A stretch of 61,568 nt of DNA, the filler included, from an uncultured Rhodopirellula sp. (GTDB lineage Bacteria > Planctomycetota > Planctomycetia > Pirellulales > Pirellulaceae), in assembly GCA_964007735.1 (NCBI GenBank). It is 5 parts of 5 records of this genome, joined end to end, with 100 filler letters (N's around TTAATTAATTAA, not from the genome) between each part and the next. Parts side by side here need not be neighbours in the genome. Positions count along the whole stretch, not along the records: positions 37,657 to 49,660 come from CAXGAI010000083.1; 4 more parts are not named here. One strand, 5' to 3'. How positions within the stretch are numbered: position 1 is the stretch's first letter; every line of letters begins with the position of its first letter. Both the position numbers and the translations under genes were made by a program. Under the pieces are notes generated by a model. That model saw only the letters and a program-made list of their open reading frames with translations, did no database searches and had not been told where the DNA came from. This document shows, one piece after another, positions 38,870-49,660 of the stretch.

Positions 38870-40327
38870 TCATACCTGACCGGAAGCAGGTACTTCAAAT
38901 GGTTTACGATATTCACGAGACAACATGTGACTTGCCTTCTCATTCCCGACGATAGACTCATCCTCTGGATTGATTTCCAATAGTTCACCAAAGGAGAAAG
39001 GCGTCTTGGAATAGTCAACGTTGTTATCGTTCCCGTGTGCCAAGGTGCGTTGGAACGTATCGTGAACATCATCCTGGGAAATGTGTTTATCAAGAGCTTC
39101 TTTCGCTTTATCGATATTCAGTTTGCCACCGCAATTAAGAGAGATGTTACCCAGATGACACAAGGCACTTGAGAGGTGACCTTCTTCAATATCTGCATTC
39201 AGTACTTTATGATCCCGCTTGCGTACAGCATCTATAAAGTTAGCAAAGTGATCTCCACCTCCTGAGAACGACTTAATCTGGTTACCATCTTTGTCAAAAG
39301 CTGTACCGTTGTGATACGACGGACATACGGCATAACCCTCAGTGCCTTCAAATATGACCCCAATCTTAGCTCCCTTATAGGAAGCCGTTTCAAGGCCACG
39401 CACTTCAAAGATTAAAGACTTCTGCCCATAGCCATGTGAAACGACCTGAGTATTTGCTGTTTCCCCGGCATCCATGTAACCGAACCGACCACCATAACTC
39501 AACGTTGAAATACAAAGGTGATCAATTCCAAGTCCCCAGCGAGCGATGTCCATTTGATGGATCCCCTGATTGCCGAGGTCACCATTACCGTAATCCCATT
39601 GCCAGTGCCAGTCATAGTGGAACTGAGGCCGAGAAACCGTCTTCTCAGGTGCGGGCCCCAACCATAGGTCGTAGTTTACATTTTTAGGAGCATCATAAGA
39701 ACCACGCTCACCAATTGCCTTACGCCGTTTGTAGCAAAGACCGCGAGCCACTTTCACTTCGCCAATTCCACCGCTTTGGACGAAATCAATGAGTGTTTGC
39801 ATACCGGGGTTGGAGCGGGACTGAGTTCCCGTCTGACAGATACGATTGTACTTTCGAGCTGCTTCCACAATGCGTCGACCTTCTGACACATTGTGACTAA
39901 CTGGTTTTTCAACGTAAACATCCTTACCCGCCTGAATAGCCCAAATAGCACCTAAAGCATGCCAATGGTTTGGGGTTGCAATACTTACGACATCGACACG
40001 GTCATCTTCAAGTACTTTACGTATATCTTCTTCAAACGTTGGGACTTTTCCACCCTGTCGTTTACCAACTTCTTCGGCTCGACGACCACCAACATCACGG
40101 TCCGCATCACAGATGTAAAGTATTTCTGTATCCTGTCGACCTGCAAACGCGCCAATATGGCTTCCACCACGACCGCGTACACCTACAACAGCTACCCCTA
40201 GTTTTTCATTGGGGCTCTTGCTTTGTGTTTCCTGAGCGGCAACGATGGCCGGAGTAGTGGCAGCGGCTGCGGTTGCCGCGGCCAACATAGATTCTTCAAG
40301 AAACTGACGACGATTTCTAATTCCCAT
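38870..40327 (-). CDS. Gfo/Idh/MocA oxidoreductase, Tat-exported
   Basis: RRQFL Tat motif, AGGAGA RBS, IATPNHWH, VYVEKP, GDLGNQGIHQMD. Confidence 0.92.
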   Translation of the reverse strand: MGIRNRRQFLEESMLAAATAAAATTPAIVAAQETQSKSPNEKLGVAVVGVRGRGGSHIGAFAGRQDTEILYICDADRDVGGRRAEEVGKRQGGKVPTFEEDIRKVLEDDRVDVVSIATPNHWHALGAIWAIQAGKDVYVEKPVSHNVSEGRRIVEAARKYNRICQTGTQSRSNPGMQTLIDFVQSGGIGEVKVARGLCYKRRKAIGERGSYDAPKNVNYDLWLGPAPEKTVSRPQFHYDWHWQWDYGNGDLGNQGIHQMDIARWGLGIDHLCISTLSYGGRFGYMDAGETANTQVVSHGYGQKSLIFEVRGLETASYKGAKIGVIFEGTEGYAVCPSYHNGTAFDKDGNQIKSFSGGGDHFANFIDAVRKRDHKVLNADIEEGHLSSALCHLGNISLNCGGKLNIDKAKEALDKHISQDDVHDTFQRTLAHGNDNNVDYSKTPFSFGELLEINPEDESIVGNEKASHMLSREYRKPFEVPASGQV

Positions 40328-40519
40328 GTCATTCTCCTTCTTTGCTAATTCCGGACCCGTCAAAGACTAAGTCCAACCGAAGATTTTTTATCGCATCGCC
40401 CTACCTAAGATCCCGTCAAACGAGAATCCGCCTCTAGCAGAACGTCTTTTATCATGCTTTAACTATACCACATCCAAAAAACGATTACTTAAATCCGTTT
40501 TAGTGATAAAGAATCCCAA

Positions 40520-42046
40520 TCAATCTACATTTGACGCTTCCAGAACGGATTTCCAGTACTTCTCCGCAGCAATATAGTATCTCAATACATCCTGCTGCTG
40601 TTGTGGGTCGTCGAGTTGCACTAATAGCTGACGCTCTTTTAGCCAATCAATAAAGAACTGTGTAGCTGCTTTACTGATACGACGAGAGCCTCCGATTTCT
40701 ACATAAAACGGGCCTGAAGAAGCCAAACGATAGGTCTTGGAATTGTTGGTCACTGCGCGAATCAACATCCAACCACTCTGTTTAAACTCAACTCCCGGCA
40801 AACGCCCGCCCATCTTGGCATATTCATCCAGAGGAATATTCTCAATGACTAGACCGTCACGAACGATCTCTAGATACTCCACTTTGTCCTGCACTGCCAA
40901 ACTAAGGGTCGCCTGCAATGTCAGACTCTCACCACGCTCAGCCGTAAAGACATGGCCCGGAACTTCCCCATTGACCAAGGGACGCATTAAGGGGCCATTG
41001 GTGACGACCACCTTTCCTTGTTTTAAGTTTTCCCACCAGGTATCCCAGCTAAATTCTTGGCCACAAAACACGTAAACACGGTTATACCCAACAGGATTGC
41101 CAAGCGTGCCCGAAGCTGAACCCGCTGAAGGAGCAATACGATGACCCGTATTCAGGATTTGGTAGTAAATCTCCTGAGACCACTGGCCATTGCCATGGAC
41201 ACCGGGAAAACGCTTAACATCCCGTTGCTTTCCCCAGGCTTCGTTGGACACCATCTTATTTCGCTGCAAATGGTTATTTAATAAGCCAATGGAATCGACC
41301 ATTCCGCTGGCAATCCACAGCGGCGTATCCCACCAAAAAGGCTTTTCAATATCAATATGCACTCCCGGCATCTTCCGAATAGGGATTAAGTAATGCATCG
41401 AAGAGGGATAGTGTTTGGTTCCTTCGGTGATATCAACTACTGCTGGCATTTTGTGATAGAGCAAGACTCCACCATCACGTTCGTCTGCTCCACTGAGCAC
41501 ATGCATAAACCGTTTCTCTTCCACCCTCTGCAAAGGCGACTCCGGTAATTCATGATTAGCCCATTTGTTACTTTGGTTCCACCACGTAATTACAGGCGCG
41601 ACATAAAGGTCCTCCGCTTGCATCAACAAAGGGATATCCTTTACTTCACGACGAATATGCAAGTCTCCTGAATACCATCCGTTTTTCGACATATCCAGGA
41701 TTCGCCGCAGTGGTATAACTTTAGACTCACGAGCCCCTGGCAGCATGCGAAAGTTCCCATAGTGAATGCGATATTCCGGCCCACGTTCTATCTCGAACCG
41801 ATAATCACCTGGTGGTACACGAAGTCTCACCTTCCCGTTACAGACGAAATGATCGTGCCAGAATGGTAGCGTTGGCGGACGCACAAACTTACCCGTCGAA
41901 TCCCAGAGGTGAATCCTCGCGGGAATCTGTTGCTTAGATTCAGAATCCACTATCTGAAAATCAATCACACCTATTTGCGCCACGGCTGTACGATGGCCCA
42001 GTGAGACTAACGCTAATGCCGCAAAAACAATTGACTTCCAAAACAT
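40520..42046 (-). CDS. Secreted CehA/McbA-like (PHP-type) metallohydrolase
   Basis: Signal peptide; ERGPEY, WYSGDLH, GYNRVYV, TNGP motifs. Confidence 0.65.
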   Translation of the reverse strand: MFWKSIVFAALALVSLGHRTAVAQIGVIDFQIVDSESKQQIPARIHLWDSTGKFVRPPTLPFWHDHFVCNGKVRLRVPPGDYRFEIERGPEYRIHYGNFRMLPGARESKVIPLRRILDMSKNGWYSGDLHIRREVKDIPLLMQAEDLYVAPVITWWNQSNKWANHELPESPLQRVEEKRFMHVLSGADERDGGVLLYHKMPAVVDITEGTKHYPSSMHYLIPIRKMPGVHIDIEKPFWWDTPLWIASGMVDSIGLLNNHLQRNKMVSNEAWGKQRDVKRFPGVHGNGQWSQEIYYQILNTGHRIAPSAGSASGTLGNPVGYNRVYVFCGQEFSWDTWWENLKQGKVVVTNGPLMRPLVNGEVPGHVFTAERGESLTLQATLSLAVQDKVEYLEIVRDGLVIENIPLDEYAKMGGRLPGVEFKQSGWMLIRAVTNNSKTYRLASSGPFYVEIGGSRRISKAATQFFIDWLKERQLLVQLDDPQQQQDVLRYYIAAEKYWKSVLEASNVD

Positions 42047-42246
42047 GAAACACCTTTCCAGAGACGAATTCACCATGCACGACCTTCGCACATCACAAAA
42101 GTCATCAAAGAGTAAAGAATTTAGAAAACTAAGGCAGTACTGATTTTTCGACAAACCCGCCCTCACTTACAGGCAACACAGCTTGTTGTTAAAATTCGAG
42201 TATACAAACGGTAAACTACTCACTCGCTTTACTGCATGTTTTGAGC

Positions 42247-43131
42247 ATGAGCACTGACTACTACAACACTTTAGGAATCAAACGCAACGCTTCGGATAAA
42301 CAAATCCAGAAGGCGTATCGTGACCTTGCCCGCAAATATCATCCAGACATGAATCCGGATGATGACTCGGCCAAACGCAAGTTTCAGGAAGTACAACAGG
42401 CGTACGATGTCCTCTCGGATGAACAAAAGCGTTCTCAATACAATCAATTCGGCGAGGGCTTCGAACAAATGAGAGGCGGTGGCAACCCTTTTGCGGGTGG
42501 AGGGGCTGATCTCGAATCCATTTTTGGTGGCATGGGCGGAGGAGGGTTCGAACAATTCTTCAACTTCGGTGGTGGCCAACGGGGTCCGCGACCTAGCCAG
42601 GGACAGGATCTAGAGTTATCACAGGACATTCCCTTTGCCACCGCTGTTACCGGCGGAGAATTCACTGTCAACGTGATGGGACCTGACGGCTCGCGAAAAC
42701 CGGTTACGGTCAAAGTACCAGCTGGCATCAAGCAAGGTAAAAAAATTCGCGTGCGTGGATATGGTCAGGCTGGTCAAGGAGGCGGACCAAACGGTGACCT
42801 CTTTATCAAGATCAACATCTGCAACCATCCTAACTACACCCGATCGGGGCGTGATCTTGAGCTCGAAGTGCCCGTTACTTTAGCTGAGGCCATTCGAGGT
42901 ACGACAATCGAAATCCCCACGCCATACAGTACCATCGACCTAAAAATCCCTTCTGGCATCCAAAGTGGCAAGAGGATCCGAGTTCCAAAACACGGGGTTT
43001 CACACAAATCCGGGCGCGGGAATCTGTACGTCACAATCCAAATCACAATCCCACCGTCGATTCCCGATTCTCTTGCGGAACAAATCGAGATGTTAGATCA
43101 ACCCAGCCCGCGTGAAAAACTCACGTGGTAA
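42247..43131 (+). CDS. DnaJ class B / CbpA-like chaperone (J domain + C-terminal domain, no zinc finger)
   Basis: DYY..LG, YHPD, G/F-rich linker, GDLF, no CxxCxGxG repeats. Confidence 0.9.
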   Translation: MSTDYYNTLGIKRNASDKQIQKAYRDLARKYHPDMNPDDDSAKRKFQEVQQAYDVLSDEQKRSQYNQFGEGFEQMRGGGNPFAGGGADLESIFGGMGGGGFEQFFNFGGGQRGPRPSQGQDLELSQDIPFATAVTGGEFTVNVMGPDGSRKPVTVKVPAGIKQGKKIRVRGYGQAGQGGGPNGDLFIKINICNHPNYTRSGRDLELEVPVTLAEAIRGTTIEIPTPYSTIDLKIPSGIQSGKRIRVPKHGVSHKSGRGNLYVTIQITIPPSIPDSLAEQIEMLDQPSPREKLTW

Positions 43132-43136
43132 CCGAA

Positions 43137-43499
43137 ATGTCAGAACCACTAACATTCCCGAAAAGCCTGAGGCTTAGAACACCGGGCGAATTCTCGGCTG
43201 TTTATGCTAGTGGAGTGTTTGAAGCTGACAAAACATTGGTCATCAACCTGAAAGCCAACCCGGAACAGAGAAGCAGAATGGGGCTCTCCATCCCCAAAAA
43301 GACCGGAAACTCACCTATTCGCAATTTATGGAAACGGTATTGTCGTGAAGCATTTCGAACCCAGCAACACAACTTGCCTAAAGGAATCGACTTTGTGATT
43401 CGTCCCCGCAAAGGTGCATCTCCAAATGCTGAAGCCATCAAAAAGTCGCTCGCCAATCTGTTGGCAAAAGGCCAACGAAAACTAGAGAAACAACGATGA
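43137..43499 (+). CDS. rnpA: Ribonuclease P protein component
   Basis: FPKSLRL...[26 protein letters not shown] (RNR-motif variant). Confidence 0.9.
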   Translation: MSEPLTFPKSLRLRTPGEFSAVYASGVFEADKTLVINLKANPEQRSRMGLSIPKKTGNSPIRNLWKRYCREAFRTQQHNLPKGIDFVIRPRKGASPNAEAIKKSLANLLAKGQRKLEKQR

Positions 43500-43744
43500 A
43501 ACCTATCATTCAGCTGCTTCTGATAATCCGAAGAGTTTTTAGTGAACTATTAATCGCTGGTGTACGACTTTACCAGATCTTTTTAAGCCCTATTTTCGGG
43601 CAAAGCTGCCGATTCACGCCAACTTGCAGCAACTACTATATACAGGCTGTTCGCAAACATGGACCAATTAAAGGTTCGATGATGGGAGCTTGGCGGATTT
43701 GCCGTTGCAACCCTTGGGGAGGGTCTGGCGAAGACCTCCCGTAA
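43496..43744 (+). CDS. yidD: Membrane protein insertion efficiency factor
   Basis: [28 protein letters not shown]; overlaps the rnpA stop (ATGA). Confidence 0.93.
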   Translation: MKPIIQLLLIIRRVFSELLIAGVRLYQIFLSPIFGQSCRFTPTCSNYYIQAVRKHGPIKGSMMGAWRICRCNPWGGSGEDLP

Positions 43745-43915
43745 CGAGTAATTATTCTCAAGTGGACTCTATGGTCCTGGCCGCTTCTCTATTGACCCAA
43801 TTCGGCAATTTCCCTTATTTTTGAGCTCGTCTCGGCTTGCAACTTGACAGCACTTTAACGTTGCAGGTACATATTTTGCACGCAAATCGAATTGCGCTTA
43901 GGGAGTAATTGGGGC

Positions 43916-45769
43916 ATGAAGCCTGCTTTACCACTGAAAACATCCTTGAATTGGCAAATTGCCAGCCTATTATTAGCGTCCATCCTTTCCACCGGCTGCA
44001 GCCTTACCGACAGCCTCCCCGGTTCGAAGCAACTAAAGGATCTCATCCCCGGTGGAGGAGATGAGCAACAACAGCCCCTTACGGTTGGTGATTTAACGGT
44101 ACCTAACGGTATGAATTACCTGAAGGTAGAGAGTATCGGTTTGGTAACCGGTTTGAAAAATACCGGCAGTACTCCCCCTTCAGGCATGCATCGCCAAATG
44201 CTCATCGACGAAATGCAAACCCATGATGTCGAGAACCCCAACGCACTACTTAGTTCGCCACGAACGTCACTGGTAATGCTTCGAGGGTATTTACCTCCGG
44301 GGGTGCGTAAGGGCGATGCCTTTGACATCGAAGTGCGTATACCATCTCATTCACAAACCTCTAGCTTACGAGATGGCTTTCTCTTACGTTCGAGGATGCG
44401 CGAACTTGCCGTACTCAACCAAAACGTCCGAACGGGCCATGTTGCCGCGTTATCTGAAGGCTCTGTACTGGCACACTCACTTTTCAGAGGTGAGGCTGAC
44501 AACACGAACAGTCGCTCGGGGATCATTCTCGGAGGCGGTGTTTCCCAAATGGATCGCCCGCTAGGCCTGTTGATAAAAACCAAGTACAGTTCAATTCGAA
44601 CGGCAACACGGGTGGCTTCGGCCATCAACCGCCGTTTCCTACAATACACCGACGAGAACAGTAAGGGTGTCGCCAGTGCCAAAAGCGACAACTATGTCGA
44701 ATTGATCGTACACGAGAGCTATCGCCACAACGTATCTCGATACATGAACGTAATACGCAGCATCGTGGTGGGAGAATCAGATGTCGCTAGTCATGAACGC
44801 AAAGAACTTCTTTTAGCAAAGCTGCTAGAGCCCACCACTACTGCCGAAGCAGCTATGCAACTGGAAGCTATCGGTACAGAATCGATCCCCACCTTAAAAC
44901 AGGGGTTGGCCAGTAATGATCCGGAAGTACGTTTCTACTCTGCTGAATCATTAGCCTATCTGGATGAACCTGATGCCGCCCCCGCACTCAGCCAACTAGC
45001 TGATCAGCACATTGCTTTTCGCTGGCATGCTATGACTGCACTGGCCGGAATGGACCACGTAAATGCGTTGGATGCCATTACCGAGTTGCTTAATGCAGAA
45101 AGTGCGGAGACACGTGTTGGCGCCTTCCGCGCCTTGTGGACGCGCAACCCCAATTCTCCATTAGTTAATGGAAGGCAATTCAGTGACTTCCATTACCATC
45201 AAGTGGAAACAACTGCGTATCCGTTGATACACATCGCAGTGTCCAAGCGACCAGAAATGATTGCCTTTGGCAGTGACGTCCATGTAACTCCGGTTGACCA
45301 TGTCTTTGCGGGTAAGGAAATCATTGTGAAAAACAAAGGGGGCGGACAGCTGCAGGTCAGTCGATTTTCCCCGAATCAAAAAGATCGGTACGCCACATCA
45401 ACGACAAAACTAGCCGATGTAGTTCGAGCGATCGCTGAAGTCGACGGTAACTATTCCGATATTGTTGATATGCTTCAAACGCTTAAAAAGACAGACGCCA
45501 TCAACGCCCGCGTTCTTGTCGGAGCTCGGCCTCGCCCCGTGTGGAATTACAACCGCCTCTCAAATGCGGACAGTAAAGAACAATCCCCGGCGTTTGACAT
45601 CACCAACCCAATTCCTGAACTTTATTTTGACCGCCTGGCTGAAACAGAAGCGGAAGCTGTTAAACGTAACCAAACTCGAGCTAATGCCGTCAATTCGGCA
45701 CAATCTGATCCCGAAACGCCGGCTGGGGGATTCTTTAACAGAGTAAAATCCGCCATCCCAGGCATTTAA
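43916..45769 (+). CDS. FlgI (P-ring)-like lipoprotein with HEAT repeats
   Basis: Lipobox LSTGC; GLVTGL..TGS, LPPG..KGD.FD, SLRDG.L (FlgI N-terminal motifs); HEAT-like LKQGL...DPEVRFYSAESLAYL. Confidence 0.78.
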   Translation: MKPALPLKTSLNWQIASLLLASILSTGCSLTDSLPGSKQLKDLIPGGGDEQQQPLTVGDLTVPNGMNYLKVESIGLVTGLKNTGSTPPSGMHRQMLIDEMQTHDVENPNALLSSPRTSLVMLRGYLPPGVRKGDAFDIEVRIPSHSQTSSLRDGFLLRSRMRELAVLNQNVRTGHVAALSEGSVLAHSLFRGEADNTNSRSGIILGGGVSQMDRPLGLLIKTKYSSIRTATRVASAINRRFLQYTDENSKGVASAKSDNYVELIVHESYRHNVSRYMNVIRSIVVGESDVASHERKELLLAKLLEPTTTAEAAMQLEAIGTESIPTLKQGLASNDPEVRFYSAESLAYLDEPDAAPALSQLADQHIAFRWHAMTALAGMDHVNALDAITELLNAESAETRVGAFRALWTRNPNSPLVNGRQFSDFHYHQVETTAYPLIHIAVSKRPEMIAFGSDVHVTPVDHVFAGKEIIVKNKGGGQLQVSRFSPNQKDRYATSTTKLADVVRAIAEVDGNYSDIVDMLQTLKKTDAINARVLVGARPRPVWNYNRLSNADSKEQSPAFDITNPIPELYFDRLAETEAEAVKRNQTRANAVNSAQSDPETPAGGFFNRVKSAIPGI

Positions 45770-45796
45770 CCTTTAACCGACAGGCAAATCCGATCG

Positions 45797-48700
45797 ATGC
45801 TAAAAGCGCTGGAATTAACCGGCTTTAAGAGCTTCGCCGATAAAACGCGGTTTGAATTCCCCGAGGGAATCACCGTCGTCGTGGGGCCTAATGGGTCCGG
45901 AAAGTCGAATGTTGTCGATGCTGTCAAATGGGTTTTAGGGACAACGAGTGCAAAAAGCCTTCGTGGCAAAGAAATGTCTGATGTGATTTTCAAAAGTCCC
46001 AATCAGTCAAACCGGCGTGATATTAACAGCGCCGAAGCAACGATCATTTTCGACAACACCACTCGCATATTACCTCTAGAACAGGACGAAGTCCGAGTCA
46101 CCCGACGAGTCTATCGCAGTGGTGAGGGCGAATACCTGATCAACGACGAACCATGCCGTCTTAAGGACATCAAGAATTTAATTCGTGGCACGGGAGTCGG
46201 AGCCGATGCTTACAGCATCATTGAGCAAGGCAAAGTTGCACGGATGTTGGAATCCTCCAGCAAAGATCGCCGGCAACTCTTCGAAGAAGCTGCAGGAATC
46301 AGTCGTTTTAAAGCCAAAAAAATAGAGACCCTACGTCGGTTAGATCGGGTCGACCAGAATCTCTTGCGACTCTCTGACATCGTCGATGAAGTCGAAGGGC
46401 GACTCAGGGCCGTACGCAATCAAGCAACCAAAGCACGCCGTTATAAAGAATACAGCGATCGTCTCCAAGAACTTCGCACTCAGATTGGTCGGACGCAATG
46501 GCGACAGCTTGGCGAAAATATCGATATTTTTAATAAGCAAATCGCCGAAGCTGAAACTCAAGCGGATGAGCTCAACCTACAATTAAATCAAAGCAGTCAA
46601 GCCATTGCCGAGTTCGACGGACAGTTAGAGAGGCTTACCGGCGACCTCCAAAGTCAGGATGAACTCTCCGCCGCCGTACGCGAAAAGCTAGCTGAATTTA
46701 TAACGACACAAACAGTGCAAACCCAGCGACTGGAAGAACTTGCGAGTGAGATCTCGAGACATCGCATCCAGTTGGCCGTTAATCAGTCGGGTGTCGGCGG
46801 GATCGAGAATCGACTTGCAAATACCAATGCCGATCTTGCTGAGTTTCGCAAAACACTCAAGGACGCTCAGCTTGAACTGAGCGAAGTCGAAATCCAACAA
46901 CAAGAGCTCGAGTCTCATATTATTCAGATTCAGTCCGATACGGAAAAGCAGCGTCAGGAGCGAGTAACGGCCACCAAGGAGGTGAGTGAGACTCAGGCTG
47001 GATATGACCGGCTTACCGCTCTAGCTGAAGAACTCGAGATCCAATTCGCTTCAACAGAGGCCCAACTCACCTCTTCCCAGTCCACACTTGAAGCTCTGGA
47101 ACAAACCGCCTCCCGACATCAGGGTGCTGAGGCCGAAATAACAGCCGCGTTATCTGCGGCTGAACAGGAGGTTAAAACCGTCACGCGGGAAATCACTGAA
47201 AGCAGAAGGGTCCACAGCCGACGACAGCAAAACCTGCAAGCTTTGATTGAACGACTAACAGCTGTGCGGGAGCGTCGTAATGTACTCCAAGAACTCGAGA
47301 CGAGAAATGCAGGAATCAGTGAAACCGTCCGACATCTACTCAATCCGCCGGATACCGACGAGCATGACACATCTTCCTTAGGGGTCGTTGGTCTGGTCGC
47401 TGACTTATTAGAAGTTGATTTCGCTTCCGCTTCGCTGATCGATCTCGCTCTTGGCAATCGGGCGCAGATGATCGTGACGGAAAACGAAGCGCTACTTGAA
47501 TCATGCCGAACCGGCCGAACTTCATTAGATTCTCAGATCACCATGATTAATCTAAACTGCCTTGGCCCCCACTCGTCTCCGCTTACGCTCGAGAACGACC
47601 CCAACGTGGTTTGCAGAGCAGATGAATTGCTCCAGTGCGCCGACCGATTACGTCCGCTGTTTACGATGCTTTTGGGGGATAGTTGGATTACTCAGGACTT
47701 AACTTCCGCTCAGCAGCTATGGCAACGTCATCGTGGCCAGATCCAGATAATCACCAAAGCAGGCGAACGATTGGATCATCAGGGTACGGTTACCATGGGC
47801 CCCCCTGATTCCTCCAGCGAACTCATTTCACGACGTAGCGAATTAAGAAACCTGAATCAGGACATCTTTGTCCTAGAAGCTCAAGTGCAAGACAATCGAG
47901 ACGAGCAGCAGCGTCTGCAACAAAACATCCTCGATCAGGAAGAACAAGTCGAACAACTTCGCTCCGTGATTCAAGTAAAACAAACCCAGCTCAACGAGCA
48001 ACAAGTTGAAATGCGAAGTTGTGAAGAGCGAATGAAACACGAATCCTCTCGGATCGCTAAGCTCGATTCCGAACTGCGGAATACTCGCGGTAGACAACTT
48101 AGCACCACAGCAGAACTTAAAACACAACAACAAGAACTGTCTTCCTTAACACAGTATTTGACGGAAATCACGAGCAGCCTCAACCGCTTTAATAAAGCAT
48201 TCCACGAGTTGGAACGCCAAGCTCACAGCTTGAACAAACAGGCCGTCCAGTTACGTGTTACCACCGGGACAAATGAACAGCGAGTACAGGCACTAGAATC
48301 ACAACTACTACAATATTCTCAGGATCACGAAGAGAAACAAACTGTCGTCGATGACCAAGCCAGATTATTAGGCCAGGCCGAACAACGCCACCTCGACGCT
48401 ACGATGGAAATCCTCTCGGCAACTTCGCAATTAGCTGAGCTCTATCTAACCAAAGCCCGATACCGCGACACCACCGTCGCCATCAGGCAGCGACAGGATG
48501 AAGTCTCGACGGAACGTAAACATGAACTACGGGCCGGAGAAAACATTCGTAAAGAAATTGACTCGCTCGTTACGAAAAAACACGAGATCGAGCTTTCCTC
48601 CAGCGACTTAAAGTCACAGAGGGTGACCCTCGAAGCTCGTCTGCGGGAAGATTATGGCATTGAATTATCTTCCTTACAGGTCAACAAAGAAACCGAGGCG

Positions 48701-49411
48701 GAAACCCAACAACGCGAAGAAGTCGAACGTGAAATCGAGTCATTACGGCGCAAACTGAATAATATCGGTGCCGTGAACATGGAGGCACTTGGAGAACTTA
48801 ACGACCTCGAAGAGCGATTCACTTCCCTTTCCAGCAAATTCCAGGACCTGACACTCGCCAAACAATCGCTTGAAAAAATTATCGAACGCGTCGATGCCGA
48901 TAGTCGCCGGCTCTTTTTGGAAACGCTTGAAACCATTCGCCAGAACTTCCAACAACTCTACCGTAAAGCATTCGGCGGCGGACAAGCCGATATCATCCTC
49001 GAAGAAGGTGTTGATATTCTGGACGCCGGAGTAGAAATCATTACGTCGCCTCCGGGTAAGCCAGCAATCAACATCTCGCTGCTTAGTGGGGGTGAAAAGG
49101 CCTTAACAGCCGTATCACTACTGCTCGCAATCTTTCAATTCCGACCGAGTCCCTTCTGCATACTCGATGAAGTAGACGCTCCGTTCGACGAAGCAAATAT
49201 CGGACGATTCATTAATGTCCTCAAAGACTTTCTCGACTTTACACGGTTTATCATTGTCACTCACTCTAAGAAAACCATGACGGCTGCCGACACCCTATAT
49301 GGCGTTACCATGCAAGAATCAGGGGTCAGCAAACAGGTCTCGGTTCGCTTCGAAGATGTCGGCGATCAGGGGCAGATTGAGGATGATTCTAAAATGCCTG
49401 ACGCGGCCTGA
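45797..49411 (+). CDS. smc: Chromosome segregation protein SMC
   Basis: GFKSF, GPNGSGKSN, coiled coils, hinge, LSGGEK, LDEVDAPFD, YGVTMQE.GVS. Confidence 0.97.
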   Translation: MLKALELTGFKSFADKTRFEFPEGITVVVGPNGSGKSNVVDAVKWVLGTTSAKSLRGKEMSDVIFKSPNQSNRRDINSAEATIIFDNTTRILPLEQDEVRVTRRVYRSGEGEYLINDEPCRLKDIKNLIRGTGVGADAYSIIEQGKVARMLESSSKDRRQLFEEAAGISRFKAKKIETLRRLDRVDQNLLRLSDIVDEVEGRLRAVRNQATKARRYKEYSDRLQELRTQIGRTQWRQLGENIDIFNKQIAEAETQADELNLQLNQSSQAIAEFDGQLERLTGDLQSQDELSAAVREKLAEFITTQTVQTQRLEELASEISRHRIQLAVNQSGVGGIENRLANTNADLAEFRKTLKDAQLELSEVEIQQQELESHIIQIQSDTEKQRQERVTATKEVSETQAGYDRLTALAEELEIQFASTEAQLTSSQSTLEALEQTASRHQGAEAEITAALSAAEQEVKTVTREITESRRVHSRRQQNLQALIERLTAVRERRNVLQELETRNAGISETVRHLLNPPDTDEHDTSSLGVVGLVADLLEVDFASASLIDLALGNRAQMIVTENEALLESCRTGRTSLDSQITMINLNCLGPHSSPLTLENDPNVVCRADELLQCADRLRPLFTMLLGDSWITQDLTSAQQLWQRHRGQIQIITKAGERLDHQGTVTMGPPDSSSELISRRSELRNLNQDIFVLEAQVQDNRDEQQRLQQNILDQEEQVEQLRSVIQVKQTQLNEQQVEMRSCEERMKHESSRIAKLDSELRNTRGRQLSTTAELKTQQQELSSLTQYLTEITSSLNRFNKAFHELERQAHSLNKQAVQLRVTTGTNEQRVQALESQLLQYSQDHEEKQTVVDDQARLLGQAEQRHLDATMEILSATSQLAELYLTKARYRDTTVAIRQRQDEVSTERKHELRAGENIRKEIDSLVTKKHEIELSSSDLKSQRVTLEARLREDYGIELSSLQVNKETEAETQQREEVEREIESLRRKLNNIGAVNMEALGELNDLEERFTSLSSKFQDLTLAKQSLEKIIERVDADSRRLFLETLETIRQNFQQLYRKAFGGGQADIILEEGVDILDAGVEIITSPPGKPAINISLLSGGEKALTAVSLLLAIFQFRPSPFCILDEVDAPFDEANIGRFINVLKDFLDFTRFIIVTHSKKTMTAADTLYGVTMQESGVSKQVSVRFEDVGDQGQIEDDSKMPDAA

Positions 49412-49504
49412 GTTGCCTTTCACATCGTCCCTTTACCAGTCCTCACGCTAATTTAACGGTCCGAAGACTGGTAATTTCACCAAAAATCCGCACAATATGA
49501 CTTA

Positions 49505-49521
49505 GTCACAATTATTGTGAC
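49505..49521. promoter_or_regulatory. Perfect palindrome upstream of nrdR, possible operator
   Basis: GTCACAAT-T-ATTGTGAC ending 22 nt before the nrdR ATG. Confidence 0.4.
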
Positions 49522-49543
49522 AGCTTCCTTTCGGAGACATACC

Positions 49544-49660
49544 ATGCGATGTCCATTTTGCCAGCAGGACCATGATCGAGTACTCGATTCACGTGCTAGT
49601 ACTGACGGCTATTCAATTCGCCGTCGTCGAGAATGCCTCGATTGTAATCGCCGCTATACG
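49544..49660 (+). CDS. nrdR: Transcriptional repressor NrdR, N-terminal part, 3' truncated
   Basis: MRCPFC...RVLDSR...[15 protein letters not shown] zinc ribbon. Confidence 0.93.

Noticed and set aside
43916..45769. Canonical flagellar flgI
   Set aside because: It is much longer than FlgI, has a lipobox and HEAT repeats, and has no flgH/flgJ context, so no gene symbol was assigned.
45797..49411. SMC as part of a Wadjet/MksBEF-type defence system
   Set aside because: It is a canonical housekeeping SMC with a hinge, with no jetABD/mks neighbours.
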